A stretch of DNA of 64,000 nucleotides, from NCBI GenBank assembly GCA_031427625.1, contig JANPNV010000054.1:9110-73109 (forward strand). Direction: 5' to 3'. A program made the position numbers and the translations under genes. Below the pieces are notes generated by a model. That model worked only from the letters and a program-made list of their open reading frames with translations, ran no database searches and was not told where the DNA came from. The stretch comes from Bacteroidota bacterium (GTDB lineage Bacteria > Bacteroidota > Bacteroidia > AKYH767-A > 2013-40CM-41-45). This document shows positions 39,818 to 50,246 of the stretch, in pieces; position 1 is the first letter of the stretch, and every line of letters begins with the position of its first letter.

Positions 39818-41683
39818 ATGGCACATCAGAATGAAGTATTAGATAATGTAATTATCAAGTTTGCCGGAGATTCCGGAGATGGAATGCAACTTACCGGAAC
39901 GCAATTCACAAATACAGCTGCACTTTTTGGTAACGATCTCAGTACGTTTCCCGATTTCCCTGCAGAAATCAGAGCACCACAAGGAACTCTTGCCGGTGTA
40001 TCAGGTTATCAGCTTCATTTCGGAAGCGTGGAAATATATACTCCGGGAGATTTCTGCGACGTACTCGTTGTAATGAATGCTGCCGCACTGAAAGCAAACA
40101 TCAGATTCCTTAGAAAGGGAGGACTCATCATTGCTAACACAGATGGTTTCGATCCTAAAAATCTTAGACTGGCAAATGTGCCTGATGGTAAAAATCCGCT
40201 TGAAGATTCTTCTCTCGATAATTACCGCGTCATCCGTATTGATGTTACCAAAATGACGCGCGCCTCATTAACTGGTACCACGCTGGGAGTAAAAGAAATC
40301 GACCGAGCAAAGAATATGTTCGTACTAGGATTTCTTTATTGGATGTATAACAGGGAAATGGATCATACGCTTAAATTTCTCAACGAGAAGTTTGCTAGTA
40401 AAGCAGACATACTTGATGCAAACATCAAAGTTTTAAAAGCAGGATACAATTTTGGAGAGACACGCGAAGAGTTTTCAACGCGTTATTCGATTGGCCCTGC
40501 AAAAATTGCCCCGGGAGTTTACAGGAATATCATGGGTAATCAAGCAACTGCTCTTGGATTGATTGCTGCTTCGCAAAAATCCGGACTGCAATTATTCTAT
40601 GGCACTTATCCGATAACCCCTGCATCAGATATCCTTCACGAACTTTCAAAACAAAAAAACTTCGGAGTAAGAACTTTTCAGGCTGAAGATGAAATCGCCG
40701 CCATCTGTTCATCAATCGGTGCAAGCTTCGGTGGTGCACTTGGTGTTACAGCATCATCCGGTCCGGGTATTGCTCTTAAAATGGAAGCGATGGGACTTGC
40801 TCTTATGCTCGAACTTCCATTGGTAATCATCAATGTTCAACGTGGTGGACCATCAACCGGACTTCCTACAAAAACTGAACAGAGCGATTTACTACAAGCC
40901 GTATATGGACGTAATGGCGAATCACCAATACCTGTTATTGCTGCCGCTACTCCTTCCGATTGTTTTAACATGGTTTACGAAGCCTGCCGTCTTGCTGTAG
41001 AGTTTATGACACCTGTTATACTTCTTACTGATGGTTACATCGCAAATGGTGCAGAACCATGGATGTTTCCTAAGTCATCAGACCTAAAAGAAATAAAAGT
41101 TGAATTTGCCAAGTCGTTAAATTCTGATGAAAAATATTTGCCTTATAAACGTGATGAAAAACTATCACGACCATGGGCTATACCAGGAACGAAAGGACTC
41201 GAACATCGGATTGGTGGCTTGGAAAAACAACACGAGACCGGAAATATTAGTTATGAAGCACAGAATCATGAGTTCATGGTGCACATGAGAGACGCTAAGG
41301 TTGAAAAAATTGCAGATTACATTCCCGAACAAACTATTGAAGTTGGAAATGAGAAAGGAAAACTCCTTGTACTAGGATGGGGTTCTACTTTTGGTGCCAT
41401 TAAAAGTGCGGTCCTTGAAGCACGCAGTAAGGGTTATGATGTATCACATGCTCATCTGCGTTACATCAAACCATTCCCGAAAAATCTCGGAGAGGTATTA
41501 TATAACTTCGAAAAGATATTAATACCTGAAATGAATTGTGGACAGCTTATAAAGATGATCCGTGATAAATTCTTAATTCCCGCTGAGGCTCTAAATAAAA
41601 TTCAGGGAATGCCATTTGCCGCAGAAGAAATATTTACGAAAATTGAAGATATGTTTGGCAAAGGAGTAGCTGAAAAAAAATAA
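39818..41683 (+). CDS. korA: 2-oxoglutarate/2-oxoacid:ferredoxin oxidoreductase alpha subunit
   Basis: 621 aa with a PFOR gamma-like N-terminal part plus an alpha domain ([15 protein letters not shown]). It is paired with korB. Confidence 0.8.
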   Translation: MAHQNEVLDNVIIKFAGDSGDGMQLTGTQFTNTAALFGNDLSTFPDFPAEIRAPQGTLAGVSGYQLHFGSVEIYTPGDFCDVLVVMNAAALKANIRFLRKGGLIIANTDGFDPKNLRLANVPDGKNPLEDSSLDNYRVIRIDVTKMTRASLTGTTLGVKEIDRAKNMFVLGFLYWMYNREMDHTLKFLNEKFASKADILDANIKVLKAGYNFGETREEFSTRYSIGPAKIAPGVYRNIMGNQATALGLIAASQKSGLQLFYGTYPITPASDILHELSKQKNFGVRTFQAEDEIAAICSSIGASFGGALGVTASSGPGIALKMEAMGLALMLELPLVIINVQRGGPSTGLPTKTEQSDLLQAVYGRNGESPIPVIAAATPSDCFNMVYEACRLAVEFMTPVILLTDGYIANGAEPWMFPKSSDLKEIKVEFAKSLNSDEKYLPYKRDEKLSRPWAIPGTKGLEHRIGGLEKQHETGNISYEAQNHEFMVHMRDAKVEKIADYIPEQTIEVGNEKGKLLVLGWGSTFGAIKSAVLEARSKGYDVSHAHLRYIKPFPKNLGEVLYNFEKILIPEMNCGQLIKMIRDKFLIPAEALNKIQGMPFAAEEIFTKIEDMFGKGVAEKK

Positions 41684-41758
41684 GAAACAAAAAGAATTAA
41701 GAATCAGGTTTAGCCCGAGGACATAAATGAATTTAATTTATCAGGAAATAAAATTATA

Positions 41759-42784
41759 ATGGAACCATCAGCAGAAAAATTCACCAACAAAGAACTTGTA
41801 ACAGACCAGGATATCAGATGGTGTCCCGGATGTGGTGATTACAGTATTTTAAAACAAGCACAAACTGTAATTCCTGAACTTGGAATTGCCCGTGAGAATA
41901 TTGTTTTCATTTCCGGAATCGGATGTTCATCCCGTTTTCCTTATTACATGGAAACATATGGCATGCATTCAATTCATGGTCGTGCAACTGCAATTGCTAG
42001 CGGATTAAAAGCATCGCGACCTGAATTAAGCATCTGGATTGTAACCGGTGATGGTGATGGACTATCGATCGGGGGAAATCATACCATTCACCTGCTTCGG
42101 AGAAATTTTAATGTAAACATTCTTCTTTTTAATAATGAAATCTACGGTCTTACGAAAGGCCAATACTCGCCAACATCTGAAGAGGGAAAAGTAACTAAGT
42201 CTACTCCCATGGGATCTGTTGATCATCCGTTCAATCCAATTGCATTATGCATGGGTGCGGACTCAACGTTCATTGCACGTACGATGGATCGTGATCCTAA
42301 ACATCTGCAGGGAATATTACGTCGCGCTAACGAGCATAAAGGAGCATCGTTTGTTGAGATCTATCAGAACTGTAACGTATTTAACGACGGGGCCTTTGAG
42401 TTATATACTGAAAAAACAACGAAGAAAAATTCAACACTTTTCATGGAAAACGGAAAGCCGTTAATTTTCGGAGACAATAACGATAAAGGAATTCGTCTGG
42501 ATGGATTTACACCTGTTGTTGTAGATATTAATTCAGACACCTCCGCAAATGATCTTTGGATTCACGACGAAAGCGATCGCGTAAAGGCAGGAATCCTTTC
42601 GCGCTTCTTCGATAACCCTGCAAAAGAAAATCATCTGCCGCGACCGTTCGGTCTATTCTATGTGGAAAATCGATACTGCTACGAAGATAAACTTGTTCAG
42701 CAAATTGAAGACAGCAGAAAGAAAAAAGGAAACGGTGATCTGGATGCTTTGTTAAAAGGAAAAGAAACCTGGACAGTAAATTGA
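41759..42784 (+). CDS. korB: 2-oxoglutarate/2-oxoacid:ferredoxin oxidoreductase beta subunit (TPP-binding)
   Basis: Contains WCPGCGDYSIL and the TPP motif GDGDGLSIGGNH. Confidence 0.85.
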   Translation: MEPSAEKFTNKELVTDQDIRWCPGCGDYSILKQAQTVIPELGIARENIVFISGIGCSSRFPYYMETYGMHSIHGRATAIASGLKASRPELSIWIVTGDGDGLSIGGNHTIHLLRRNFNVNILLFNNEIYGLTKGQYSPTSEEGKVTKSTPMGSVDHPFNPIALCMGADSTFIARTMDRDPKHLQGILRRANEHKGASFVEIYQNCNVFNDGAFELYTEKTTKKNSTLFMENGKPLIFGDNNDKGIRLDGFTPVVVDINSDTSANDLWIHDESDRVKAGILSRFFDNPAKENHLPRPFGLFYVENRYCYEDKLVQQIEDSRKKKGNGDLDALLKGKETWTVN

Positions 42785-42898
42785 TTTGAGAATTTGAGAA
42801 GGTGAAAAAATACACCCGAACGTTTTTTTTGGTTTTTGTTTTTAAATGTCGAAAATTTCACGTCCGATGTTTTGCGTTCCACGTCTAACGTCCCATGT

Positions 42899-44551
42899 CT
42901 ATGAAAGGTATTTCCCCACAATCGGTAGTCGCCGGCCCATTCCAAATGCTTTCGTAGATACACGAAGTATTGGTGGCGTTTGATAACGTTTATATTCGCT
43001 GGCGTTTACCAATTTCAGAATTCGCCTCACTAAAACAGCGTCGAACCCCATGGCAATAATTTCATCTGGACCTTTTCTTGCTTCTATGTATTGATAAAGT
43101 ACTTTATCCAGAATTTCATAATCAGGTAAAGAGTCAGAATCTTTTTGACCGTGTCGTAATTCAGCGGAAGGAGGTTTGGTGATGATAGCTTCCGGGATGA
43201 TTTTTTTATTTCTGTTGATGAATCCGGCAAGTTCATACACCTGTGTTTTATATACATCACCGATTACAGAGATGCCTCCGCACATATCGCCGTATAAAGT
43301 GCCATAACCAACTGCTGCTTCGCTCTTATTGGAAGTATTGAGGAGAATGTATCCAAATTTATTTGACTCTGCCATAAGCAATACAGCGCGAATTCTTGCC
43401 TGTAGATTTTCTTCAGCAACGCTAAATGGAAGATCTTTAAAGAATGGTTGCAATACTTCAAGGTACTTGTCGAAAATATTTTTTATGGGAATAATATCGT
43501 GACTGATGCCCGTATTTTTTATCAGATCTAATGAGTCGTCGATTGAGCCCGAAGAAGAGAATTCTGAAGGCATCAGAATGACATGGACGTTATCAGAGCC
43601 CAGGGCTTCAACAGCAAGACACGTTACTAAAGCTGAATCGATGCCACCGGATAACCCTAATATGGCTTTTTTAAAATTTTGTTTTTCGAAGTAGTCACGT
43701 ATGCCAAGTACCAGTGCGTTGTGAATTTTTTCTATTTCACTGCTGCTTGTAATTTTCACTTGTTTCTTGTCCTGAAATGCAAATCCATTTTCCTTTTTAT
43801 CGAAATCGAAAATGGCAAAATCTTCAGTGAAGTATGTTAATTCATGAGAGATTTTTCCATCACCATTGATGGCGAGTGATCCTCCGTCGAAAATAAGTTC
43901 TGTATGAGCTCCAATATGATTAACATATAACAATGGAAGATTGTATTTCTGAACATTTTTGGAAAGCATCTTCTTCCTTGTATCATCATGCTTATAATCG
44001 AATGGTGATGCAGCAATATTAATCATCAGCGATGGTTTTTCCTGAATAAGTGAATCCATTGGACAGCTTACATACATCGGGTCATCTTCTATATTCCAAA
44101 GGTCTTCACAGATGGTAAGGGCAATACTTGTATTATTGATGTTGATGCAATGGAAATTTTTCCCCGGTTCAAAATACCGATACTCATCAAAAACATCGTA
44201 ATTGGGTAGCAACGATTTATGTACTTCATCTTCGATTTTCCCATTTCGAAGAATGATCGCTGAGTTAAAAAGATTTTTGCCTTCGATTTTCGGATTAATT
44301 GTGGGAAGCCCAACGATAGCTGTAATGTCAATACAGGACTTTGCAATAATTAATGCAGCATCTCTGCATCGCGTGATAAAATCATTGAATTCCAGGAAAT
44401 CACGTGGAGGATAACCACAGATGCATAGCTCTGAAAAGACAACGAGGTTGGCTCCTTGTGCTTTGGCGTTTTCAATTGACTCGCATATTTTGAGAATATT
44501 CTTATCAAAATCGCCAATTGTGTAATTGAGTTGAGCTAGTGCAATACGCAT
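42899..44551 (-). CDS. nadE: glutamine-dependent NAD+ synthetase (nitrilase + synthetase domains)
   Basis: N-terminal MRIALAQLNY... with CN-hydrolase Cys (ALTICEDLW). A C-terminal PP-loop SGGIDSAL. The start was set at ATG 44551. Confidence 0.9.
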   Translation of the reverse strand: MRIALAQLNYTIGDFDKNILKICESIENAKAQGANLVVFSELCICGYPPRDFLEFNDFITRCRDAALIIAKSCIDITAIVGLPTINPKIEGKNLFNSAIILRNGKIEDEVHKSLLPNYDVFDEYRYFEPGKNFHCININNTSIALTICEDLWNIEDDPMYVSCPMDSLIQEKPSLMINIAASPFDYKHDDTRKKMLSKNVQKYNLPLLYVNHIGAHTELIFDGGSLAINGDGKISHELTYFTEDFAIFDFDKKENGFAFQDKKQVKITSSSEIEKIHNALVLGIRDYFEKQNFKKAILGLSGGIDSALVTCLAVEALGSDNVHVILMPSEFSSSGSIDDSLDLIKNTGISHDIIPIKNIFDKYLEVLQPFFKDLPFSVAEENLQARIRAVLLMAESNKFGYILLNTSNKSEAAVGYGTLYGDMCGGISVIGDVYKTQVYELAGFINRNKKIIPEAIITKPPSAELRHGQKDSDSLPDYEILDKVLYQYIEARKGPDEIIAMGFDAVLVRRILKLVNASEYKRYQTPPILRVSTKAFGMGRRLPIVGKYLS

Positions 44552-44580
44552 AAAAAATCCTGTCAGGTGTTCCTCACAGG
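44552..44580 (-). terminator. intrinsic terminator-like hairpin (CCTGTGAGG/CCTGACAGG with one mismatch, then T6) downstream of the OMP gene, abutting the nadE start
   Basis: Read on the minus strand: cctgtgaggaacacctgacagga + tttttt, immediately followed by the nadE ATG. Confidence 0.5.
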
Positions 44581-44599
44581 ACAAATGTAAATGAATGTT

Positions 44600-45295
44600 T
44601 TAAAATAACACACCAAGAGTTAGCGCAAGGAAATTACTGTTAACCTTGGCATCTCCGTCAAAAACATCGATGAATCCATTGTTGAACTGGAGTCCTGCTA
44701 ATAAAACAGTAGAACCGCTAATCGTATATTCGACACCTCCTCCAATAATCATGGAGAAATTAAGATTGTTGATGTCATCTTTTATATCTACGCCTTCTCC
44801 AGTTGCAGATGAGGTGATGGTCGAGCCGCCTGAAGTTATTTGTGTTGTAGTTGTAAAATTCTGACGCGCCCTAATGTTCCAGCCGGGAGCGACACCTGCC
44901 TGAAGATAATAAGATAGGTAGCCTATCTCATTGGTCTTTAGTTTAAGTGTTAATGGAATTTCAATATACTGAAGCGTATAGGAAGATGCATTAGATATGT
45001 TTAATGAATCACCACCGGAAGGATTTTTAATGTCTGTCACCGTTTTAAACTTGCCGCCCCGGTATGAAATATCTATTCCGGTTGCAAAAGCATAATTAGG
45101 AGCAAATTTAAATTCTGTCATCAGTCCATAGCTGAAGCCAAATTTAGAGCCATCGGATGTATAACCCGGAGTGTCGCTTCGTAACCAGGCAAGGGATGGA
45201 GCAGCTTTTAAACCGAAGTGAAGAACAGTTTCATCCTGTGCGAATCCTGAAATGGAAAGGATTATTAATGAAAGTGAAGTCAATAGTCTTTTCAT
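44600..45295 (-). CDS. outer membrane beta-barrel protein (PorT/OmpA-like beta-barrel family)
   Basis: Signal peptide MKRLLTSLSLIILSISGFAQ. Alternating amphipathic beta-strands. C-terminal ...LTLGVLF aromatic terminus. Confidence 0.6.
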   Translation of the reverse strand: MKRLLTSLSLIILSISGFAQDETVLHFGLKAAPSLAWLRSDTPGYTSDGSKFGFSYGLMTEFKFAPNYAFATGIDISYRGGKFKTVTDIKNPSGGDSLNISNASSYTLQYIEIPLTLKLKTNEIGYLSYYLQAGVAPGWNIRARQNFTTTTQITSGGSTITSSATGEGVDIKDDINNLNFSMIIGGGVEYTISGSTVLLAGLQFNNGFIDVFDGDAKVNSNFLALTLGVLF

Positions 45296-45353
45296 ATTAA
45301 TTGTACATTTTATTGTCAGGTTAATAATTACTTTTGCCGGGAATTAATTTACA

Positions 45354-46394
45354 ATGTTACACAAAAAAACCTGTTTTAATCGTGTAATTCACTGGTTTCT
45401 TTTTTACATGATGTTGTTAATCACCGGATGCCAGTGCAATAGCGATAGGCCTGATGTTTCAAATCAATCTCTGCTGGTAAATGCGGATCGTTTTGAGAAA
45501 GATTTATTTGGAATTGATAGCAAAAATGCTTCAGGAGAAATTGAAAAACTGAATAAGAAATATGGAGATTTCTTTAACCTATTCGCCTTTCAGATAACAT
45601 CACTTGGATCGAGAGATTCCGCATTAATGACTGAGAATTTTGTGAATTTTGTTACCGATTCAAATTTTCGTTCTGTCTATGACGACTGCGAAAAATTATA
45701 TAAAAATTTTCAAGGGTATAATGAAAAGCTAACACTGGCATTTCGATACTACAAATATTATTTCCCTGAGAAAAATGTTCCTCGTGTTGTCACAATGATA
45801 TCCGGATTCTCTTACCCCATTGTCTGTGATTCAACGACGCTCGGAATTAGTCTTGACATGTACCTTGGGCCGGCATATAAATTTTATTCTACGCTTGAGC
45901 CATCGCTTCCTGTTTATTTGCGTATTAGAATGCATGGAGATTACATGATTAGCGATGCAATGAAGGGTTGGGCACAAAGTGACTACGGTATCGATGAATC
46001 AACAGCAAGCATGATCGATTTCATGGTTTCGCAAGGGCGGCAGATATATTTTCTCGATAAAGTAATGCCTGATACTCAGGATACAATTAAGACAGGGTAT
46101 ACTGCTAAACAGCTCGATTGGTGTGTGAATAATGAAAAAAAAATATGGAGTTTCTTTATCGAGAACAAGCTCCTCTTCAGCATCGATCCGAATCTCATGA
46201 ATAAATTTGTAAATGACGGCCCGACTACCAATGGCCTACCGAAAGAGTCGCCGGGAAATATAGGTCAGTTCACGGGCTGGCAGATTGTAAAGTCATTCAT
46301 GAAAAATAATCCGGAAGTGAGTCTGAAACAATTGATGGAAGAAAAGGACATGATAAAAATTTATAATCAATCGAAATATAAACCGGTACGTTAA
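45354..46394 (+). CDS. gldB: gliding motility-associated lipoprotein GldB (probable)
   Basis: 346 aa lipoprotein with lipobox LITGC. The size and the gldB-gldC pairing next to nadE match the arrangement I recall for gldB/gldC. Confidence 0.55.
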   Translation: MLHKKTCFNRVIHWFLFYMMLLITGCQCNSDRPDVSNQSLLVNADRFEKDLFGIDSKNASGEIEKLNKKYGDFFNLFAFQITSLGSRDSALMTENFVNFVTDSNFRSVYDDCEKLYKNFQGYNEKLTLAFRYYKYYFPEKNVPRVVTMISGFSYPIVCDSTTLGISLDMYLGPAYKFYSTLEPSLPVYLRIRMHGDYMISDAMKGWAQSDYGIDESTASMIDFMVSQGRQIYFLDKVMPDTQDTIKTGYTAKQLDWCVNNEKKIWSFFIENKLLFSIDPNLMNKFVNDGPTTNGLPKESPGNIGQFTGWQIVKSFMKNNPEVSLKQLMEEKDMIKIYNQSKYKPVR

Positions 46395-46433
46395 GTACCA
46401 TAAGTAAAATTCTAACGAAGAAGAAAACAAACT

Positions 46434-46766
46434 ATGGATTCAGAAATAAAATTTACTGTTAGCCTCGATCAGGATAGTGTTCCGATAAAGATCGGATGGT
46501 CGGCTACTGATAGTGGAGTAGAAGGAGTGAAGCCCTGTAATGCCACATTGATGAGCATTTGGGATCCAAAAGAAAACACAACTCTTCGTATAGACTTATG
46601 GACGAAAGAAATGCTTGTAGATGACATGAAGCGGTTCTTTTACGAAAACTTCGTAACCATGGCCGATACATATTTGCGGGCTACGAATGATGAGGAATCA
46701 GCTAAGGACATCAGAAAGTTTGCAGAGGACTTCGGAAAGAAAACAGGTATTACGAAAACACTTTAA
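46434..46766 (+). CDS. gldC: gliding motility-associated protein GldC (probable)
   Basis: 110 aa soluble protein directly downstream of gldB. The segment LRIDLWTKEM..DDMKRFF resembles my recollection of GldC. Confidence 0.5.
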   Translation: MDSEIKFTVSLDQDSVPIKIGWSATDSGVEGVKPCNATLMSIWDPKENTTLRIDLWTKEMLVDDMKRFFYENFVTMADTYLRATNDEESAKDIRKFAEDFGKKTGITKTL

Positions 46767-46788
46767 AAAAACTTCAGGAAAAAATAAG

Positions 46789-47397
46789 TTAATACCGGAC
46801 TTTAAAATCCTTATTAATCTGATCGATGTAATTAAGGATTTCATCTCGTCCTGTTTTTTTCTCTGATGAGGTAATAAAAAGCAATGGGAGTTCTTCCCAT
46901 GTCTTTAGCAGAGTTCGCTTAAACAGTTCCACGGAAAAAATAACCTGCTGTTTCGAAATTTTATCTGCTTTGGTAAAGATTAATGAAATCGGAATTTGTT
47001 TTTCTCCCAACCATCTTATAAAATTTATGTCAACGGGTTGCGGTTCTAATCTGATGTCAATCAGTACAAATACTGTCATGAGATTTTTTCTCTTCTCGAG
47101 ATAATCTTTAATCATTCTATCCCATGCGGCTTTTGACGTTTTTGAAACTTTAGCATATCCGTAGCCGGGTAAATCGACGAGGTACCATTTTTTATTTATT
47201 AGGAAATGGTTGATGAGCTGTGTCTTTCCCGGTGTCGTCGAGGTTTTTGCAAGTCCTTTTTTTGAAGTAAGCATATTGATAAGCGACGATTTCCCAACAT
47301 TGGATCGCCCTATGAATGCATACTCAGCCATGTTCGGTGCCGGGCATTTTTCATAATTGGTATTGCTTACTGTAAATTCTGCTTCCTTGATTTCCAT
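46789..47397 (-). CDS. engB: ribosome biogenesis GTP-binding protein YihA/EngB
   Basis: Contains G1 [13 protein letters not shown]3 DLPGYG and G4 TKADK. Confidence 0.9.
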   Translation of the reverse strand: MEIKEAEFTVSNTNYEKCPAPNMAEYAFIGRSNVGKSSLINMLTSKKGLAKTSTTPGKTQLINHFLINKKWYLVDLPGYGYAKVSKTSKAAWDRMIKDYLEKRKNLMTVFVLIDIRLEPQPVDINFIRWLGEKQIPISLIFTKADKISKQQVIFSVELFKRTLLKTWEELPLLFITSSEKKTGRDEILNYIDQINKDFKVRY

Positions 47398-47407
47398 GCT
47401 TAAATTT

Positions 47408-48181
47408 TCAGGTCGATTGCATGGATGTTTGTTTTGTCAACCAGGTTTCGAGTGTAGTATTAAATTCTTTCGGTTGCTCCATCATCGGTGCATGTCCGCA
47501 TTTGTCAATCCAGAAAAGCTCGGAGTTGGGAAGTAATCTGTTGAACTCCTCCGCAACATCAGGTGGAGTAACGGTATCGTTTCTTCCCCAGATCAGACAT
47601 GTGGGCAATGTCATGATGCGCAGGTCATCACTCATATTATGACGAATCGCTGATTTCGCCAGAGATAAAATTCGAATCAGTTTACCTTTGTCGTTTACAA
47701 TGCCAAATACCTCATCAACAAGTTCGTCTGTTGCTGTCTTTGGATCATAAAAGGTGTATTCCACTTTCTGACGGATGAAATTTTTATCCTCCCTTTTCGG
47801 AAATGTACCGCCCATTGCATTCTCGTATAATCCGGAACTGCCGGTAAGCACCATTTGTTTAATATTCTGAGGATGCTTCTTCACATAAACAAGGGTAACA
47901 TGTCCGCCTAATGAGTTGCCGATCAGCGTTACATCTTTATATTCTTTGAAAGTAATGAAGTCATGAACAAACTCTGCTAGTGCTTTCACATTCGTATTTA
48001 GAATGGGTAAAGTATAAATAGGCATCAGAGGGATTATGATTTTATAATTTGGAGAAAAATGATCAACCACATCCTTCCAGTTACTTAATGCCCCGAAAAG
48101 TCCATGCAGCAGCAATAGAACAGGGCCGTTACCTTCTTCTATGAACTGAAAATCCTTTTCTTTTTTTATCTCGTATTGCAT
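47408..48181 (-). CDS. alpha/beta hydrolase
   Basis: Contains HGLFG, the nucleophile elbow GNSLGG, and a His near the C-terminus (CGHAPM). Confidence 0.7.
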   Translation of the reverse strand: MQYEIKKEKDFQFIEEGNGPVLLLLHGLFGALSNWKDVVDHFSPNYKIIIPLMPIYTLPILNTNVKALAEFVHDFITFKEYKDVTLIGNSLGGHVTLVYVKKHPQNIKQMVLTGSSGLYENAMGGTFPKREDKNFIRQKVEYTFYDPKTATDELVDEVFGIVNDKGKLIRILSLAKSAIRHNMSDDLRIMTLPTCLIWGRNDTVTPPDVAEEFNRLLPNSELFWIDKCGHAPMMEQPKEFNTTLETWLTKQTSMQST

Positions 48182-48396
48182 GGATAATTTTTTTAAAGAT
48201 ATAAAAATCGTTTTGAGTATTTCCGGGATTAATACTCAACATTTATTTCTTCGGTATTTATCTGGTGAAGCTTTATTTATTCCGAAAAAGCAAAGAAAGA
48301 AAATTTTATTAGAAAAGTACCAATTTAGAAATGTTCTGTTGTATCGGACTTCCTGAAGCCCTTATCAGTCGTGAGGTTCCGAAAGTTTTCAACAAA

Positions 48397-48422
48397 GTGG
48401 TAGAAAATGGGTAAAAGTGGTA
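48397..48422 (+). promoter_or_regulatory. MraZ-type operator: three direct repeats aaaGTGGTa / aaaTGGGTa / aaaGTGGTa with exact 10-bp phasing, 40-65 bp upstream of mraZ
   Basis: Read directly: TGG at 48398, 48408 and 48418. This matches the known MraZ binding architecture of TGGGN / AAAGTG[G/T] direct repeats at helical periodicity. Confidence 0.6.
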
Positions 48423-48461
48423 AAAATTAATATACATTAGCGCATTGAAAAACATCGGCAG

Positions 48462-48932
48462 ATGAACGGATTTATAGGAGAGTTTCCATGTACAGTAGAT
48501 GCGAAAGGGCGTTTTCTCATTCCAGGTGGATTGAAAAAACAAATTCCCGCGAAGGAGCAAAAGCGCTTCGTCGTTCATCGTGGAATGGAAAAAAATCTTG
48601 TCATCTACACGAGGAAAGAGTGGGATAAAATCAGTGAAGAAGTAAACCAACTAAACCTGTACGTTAAAAAAAACAGGGAATTCATACGGAAGTTTAATCG
48701 GGGAGCTACTGAAATCGAACTCGACGGAACAAATAGACTCTTGTTGCCTAAGTCGCTGATGGAGTTTGCCGGAATTGAAAAAGACATCGTGTTGTTCGCA
48801 TTCGGAAATAGAATTGAAGTATGGTCTGAAAAGGAATACGAAACAATGATGAAGGACGAATCAACAGATTTTGCTTCACTCGCTGAAGAAGTCATGGGTA
48901 AGAAAAATAAATATGACATCAACCTATCATGA
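48462..48932 (+). CDS. mraZ: division/cell wall cluster transcriptional repressor MraZ
   Basis: Contains two DXXXR SpoVT/AbrB-like repeats, GEFPCTVDAKGRFLIP and ELDGTNRLLLP. Confidence 0.9.
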   Translation: MNGFIGEFPCTVDAKGRFLIPGGLKKQIPAKEQKRFVVHRGMEKNLVIYTRKEWDKISEEVNQLNLYVKKNREFIRKFNRGATEIELDGTNRLLLPKSLMEFAGIEKDIVLFAFGNRIEVWSEKEYETMMKDESTDFASLAEEVMGKKNKYDINLS

Positions 48933-49821
48933 ACCCGTAATGCTTTCTGAAAGCATCGATGCGTTGGAAATAAAACCGGACGGAACATATGTGGATGTTA
49001 CTTTCGGTGGTGGCGGGCACTCTAAAGCTATTCTTGAACAACTTGGTCCTAAAGGCAGGCTGATCGCCTTCGATCAGGATGCTGACGCAATATTGAATTC
49101 TATCAATGATGATCGACTAATACTGGTTCAGCATAATTACCGATATCTCAAAAATTTTCTGCAATACTACAATGCAATTCCTGTTGATGGCATACTCGCA
49201 GATCTTGGAATTTCCTCCTATCAGATCGACGAAGCTTCACGTGGGTTTTCATTGCGCTTTAATGCCGACCTCGATATGAGAATGAACCGCGAATCAGAGT
49301 TAACTGCAGCGGAAGTAGTAAACACATATTCCGAAACGGAATTGGTGAAAATATTCTCTTTATACGGCGAAGTATTTAATGCCAAAACTCTAGCAAAGAA
49401 AATAACTGAGACACGGAGCAAGAAAAAAATCACTGATATATCGGAATTCAAAACAGCAATTGAAGCTTGCTCCGACAAGCAGCATGAGAATCAATATCTG
49501 GCAAAGGTTTTTCAGGCTCTTCGTATCGAAGTCAACAACGAACTGGATGCTCTCAAATCAATGTTGTCACAATCAACCCAGGTTCTTGCCGCAAAAGGAA
49601 GGCTAGTGGTTATATCCTATCATTCTCTGGAAGACAGACTTGTGAAAAATATGATTGCTAAAGGGAAGTTTGAGGGCGAAGTGGAAAAAGATCTTTTCGG
49701 AAACATGAGCGACAGTCCGCTTTCTGCAATAAATAAAAAACCATTGGAGGCTTCTGAAGAGGAAGTTAAGAAAAATCCAAGAGCAAGAAGTGCAAAACTT
49801 CGTATAGCCGAAAGAAATTAA
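48913..49821 (+). CDS. rsmH: 16S rRNA (cytosine1402-N4)-methyltransferase
   Basis: Contains HEPVML, DVTFGGGGHS and DLGISSYQID. The internal ATG 48913 overlaps the mraZ end by 20 nt. Confidence 0.9.
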   Translation: MTSTYHEPVMLSESIDALEIKPDGTYVDVTFGGGGHSKAILEQLGPKGRLIAFDQDADAILNSINDDRLILVQHNYRYLKNFLQYYNAIPVDGILADLGISSYQIDEASRGFSLRFNADLDMRMNRESELTAAEVVNTYSETELVKIFSLYGEVFNAKTLAKKITETRSKKKITDISEFKTAIEACSDKQHENQYLAKVFQALRIEVNNELDALKSMLSQSTQVLAAKGRLVVISYHSLEDRLVKNMIAKGKFEGEVEKDLFGNMSDSPLSAINKKPLEASEEEVKKNPRARSAKLRIAERN

Positions 49822-49823
49822 CC

Positions 49824-50231
49824 ATGAGCGAAAACAAAATAAAAGAAACTGTCGAAGAAGCTCCCGAAAAGGTAAGGCCGAAAAAAAGAAAAACACAATC
49901 TGTGTTATTCGGAAAGTTCTCGAAGTTCATGAACGTGTTTGGAGTTTTCGAGCGAAATCAAATAGTGAATTCAATGCCATTCATTCTTTTTTGTGCAATG
50001 TTAATCATCGTCTATATCTCAAATAGTTATTACGCTGAGGGTATTATTCGGGATATCGACCGTACTAAAACAGAACTTAAAGAAAAACGAGCTGAATATT
50101 TATCAACCATGTCACAGCTAATGTACCAAAGCAATCAGTCAGAAGTCGCAAAAGTTTTAGAGCCATATCAGATTAAAGAGACAACAGAACCACCGCAGAA
50201 ATTATTTATTACCGCATCTCCCAAAAAATAA
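49824..50231 (+). CDS. ftsL: cell division protein FtsL-like
   Basis: 135 aa with a single TM helix followed by a coiled-coil segment. It sits between rsmH and ftsI. Confidence 0.7.
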   Translation: MSENKIKETVEEAPEKVRPKKRKTQSVLFGKFSKFMNVFGVFERNQIVNSMPFILFCAMLIIVYISNSYYAEGIIRDIDRTKTELKEKRAEYLSTMSQLMYQSNQSEVAKVLEPYQIKETTEPPQKLFITASPKK

Positions 50232-50246
50232 ATACACAAAAAAATA

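Noticed and set aside
48309-48988. Two minus-strand ORFs (113 and 127 aa) overlapping mraZ and its leader
   Set aside because: Antisense to mraZ/rsmH. Phe/Leu-rich low-complexity translation. The leader is better explained by the MraZ operator and the divergent promoter.
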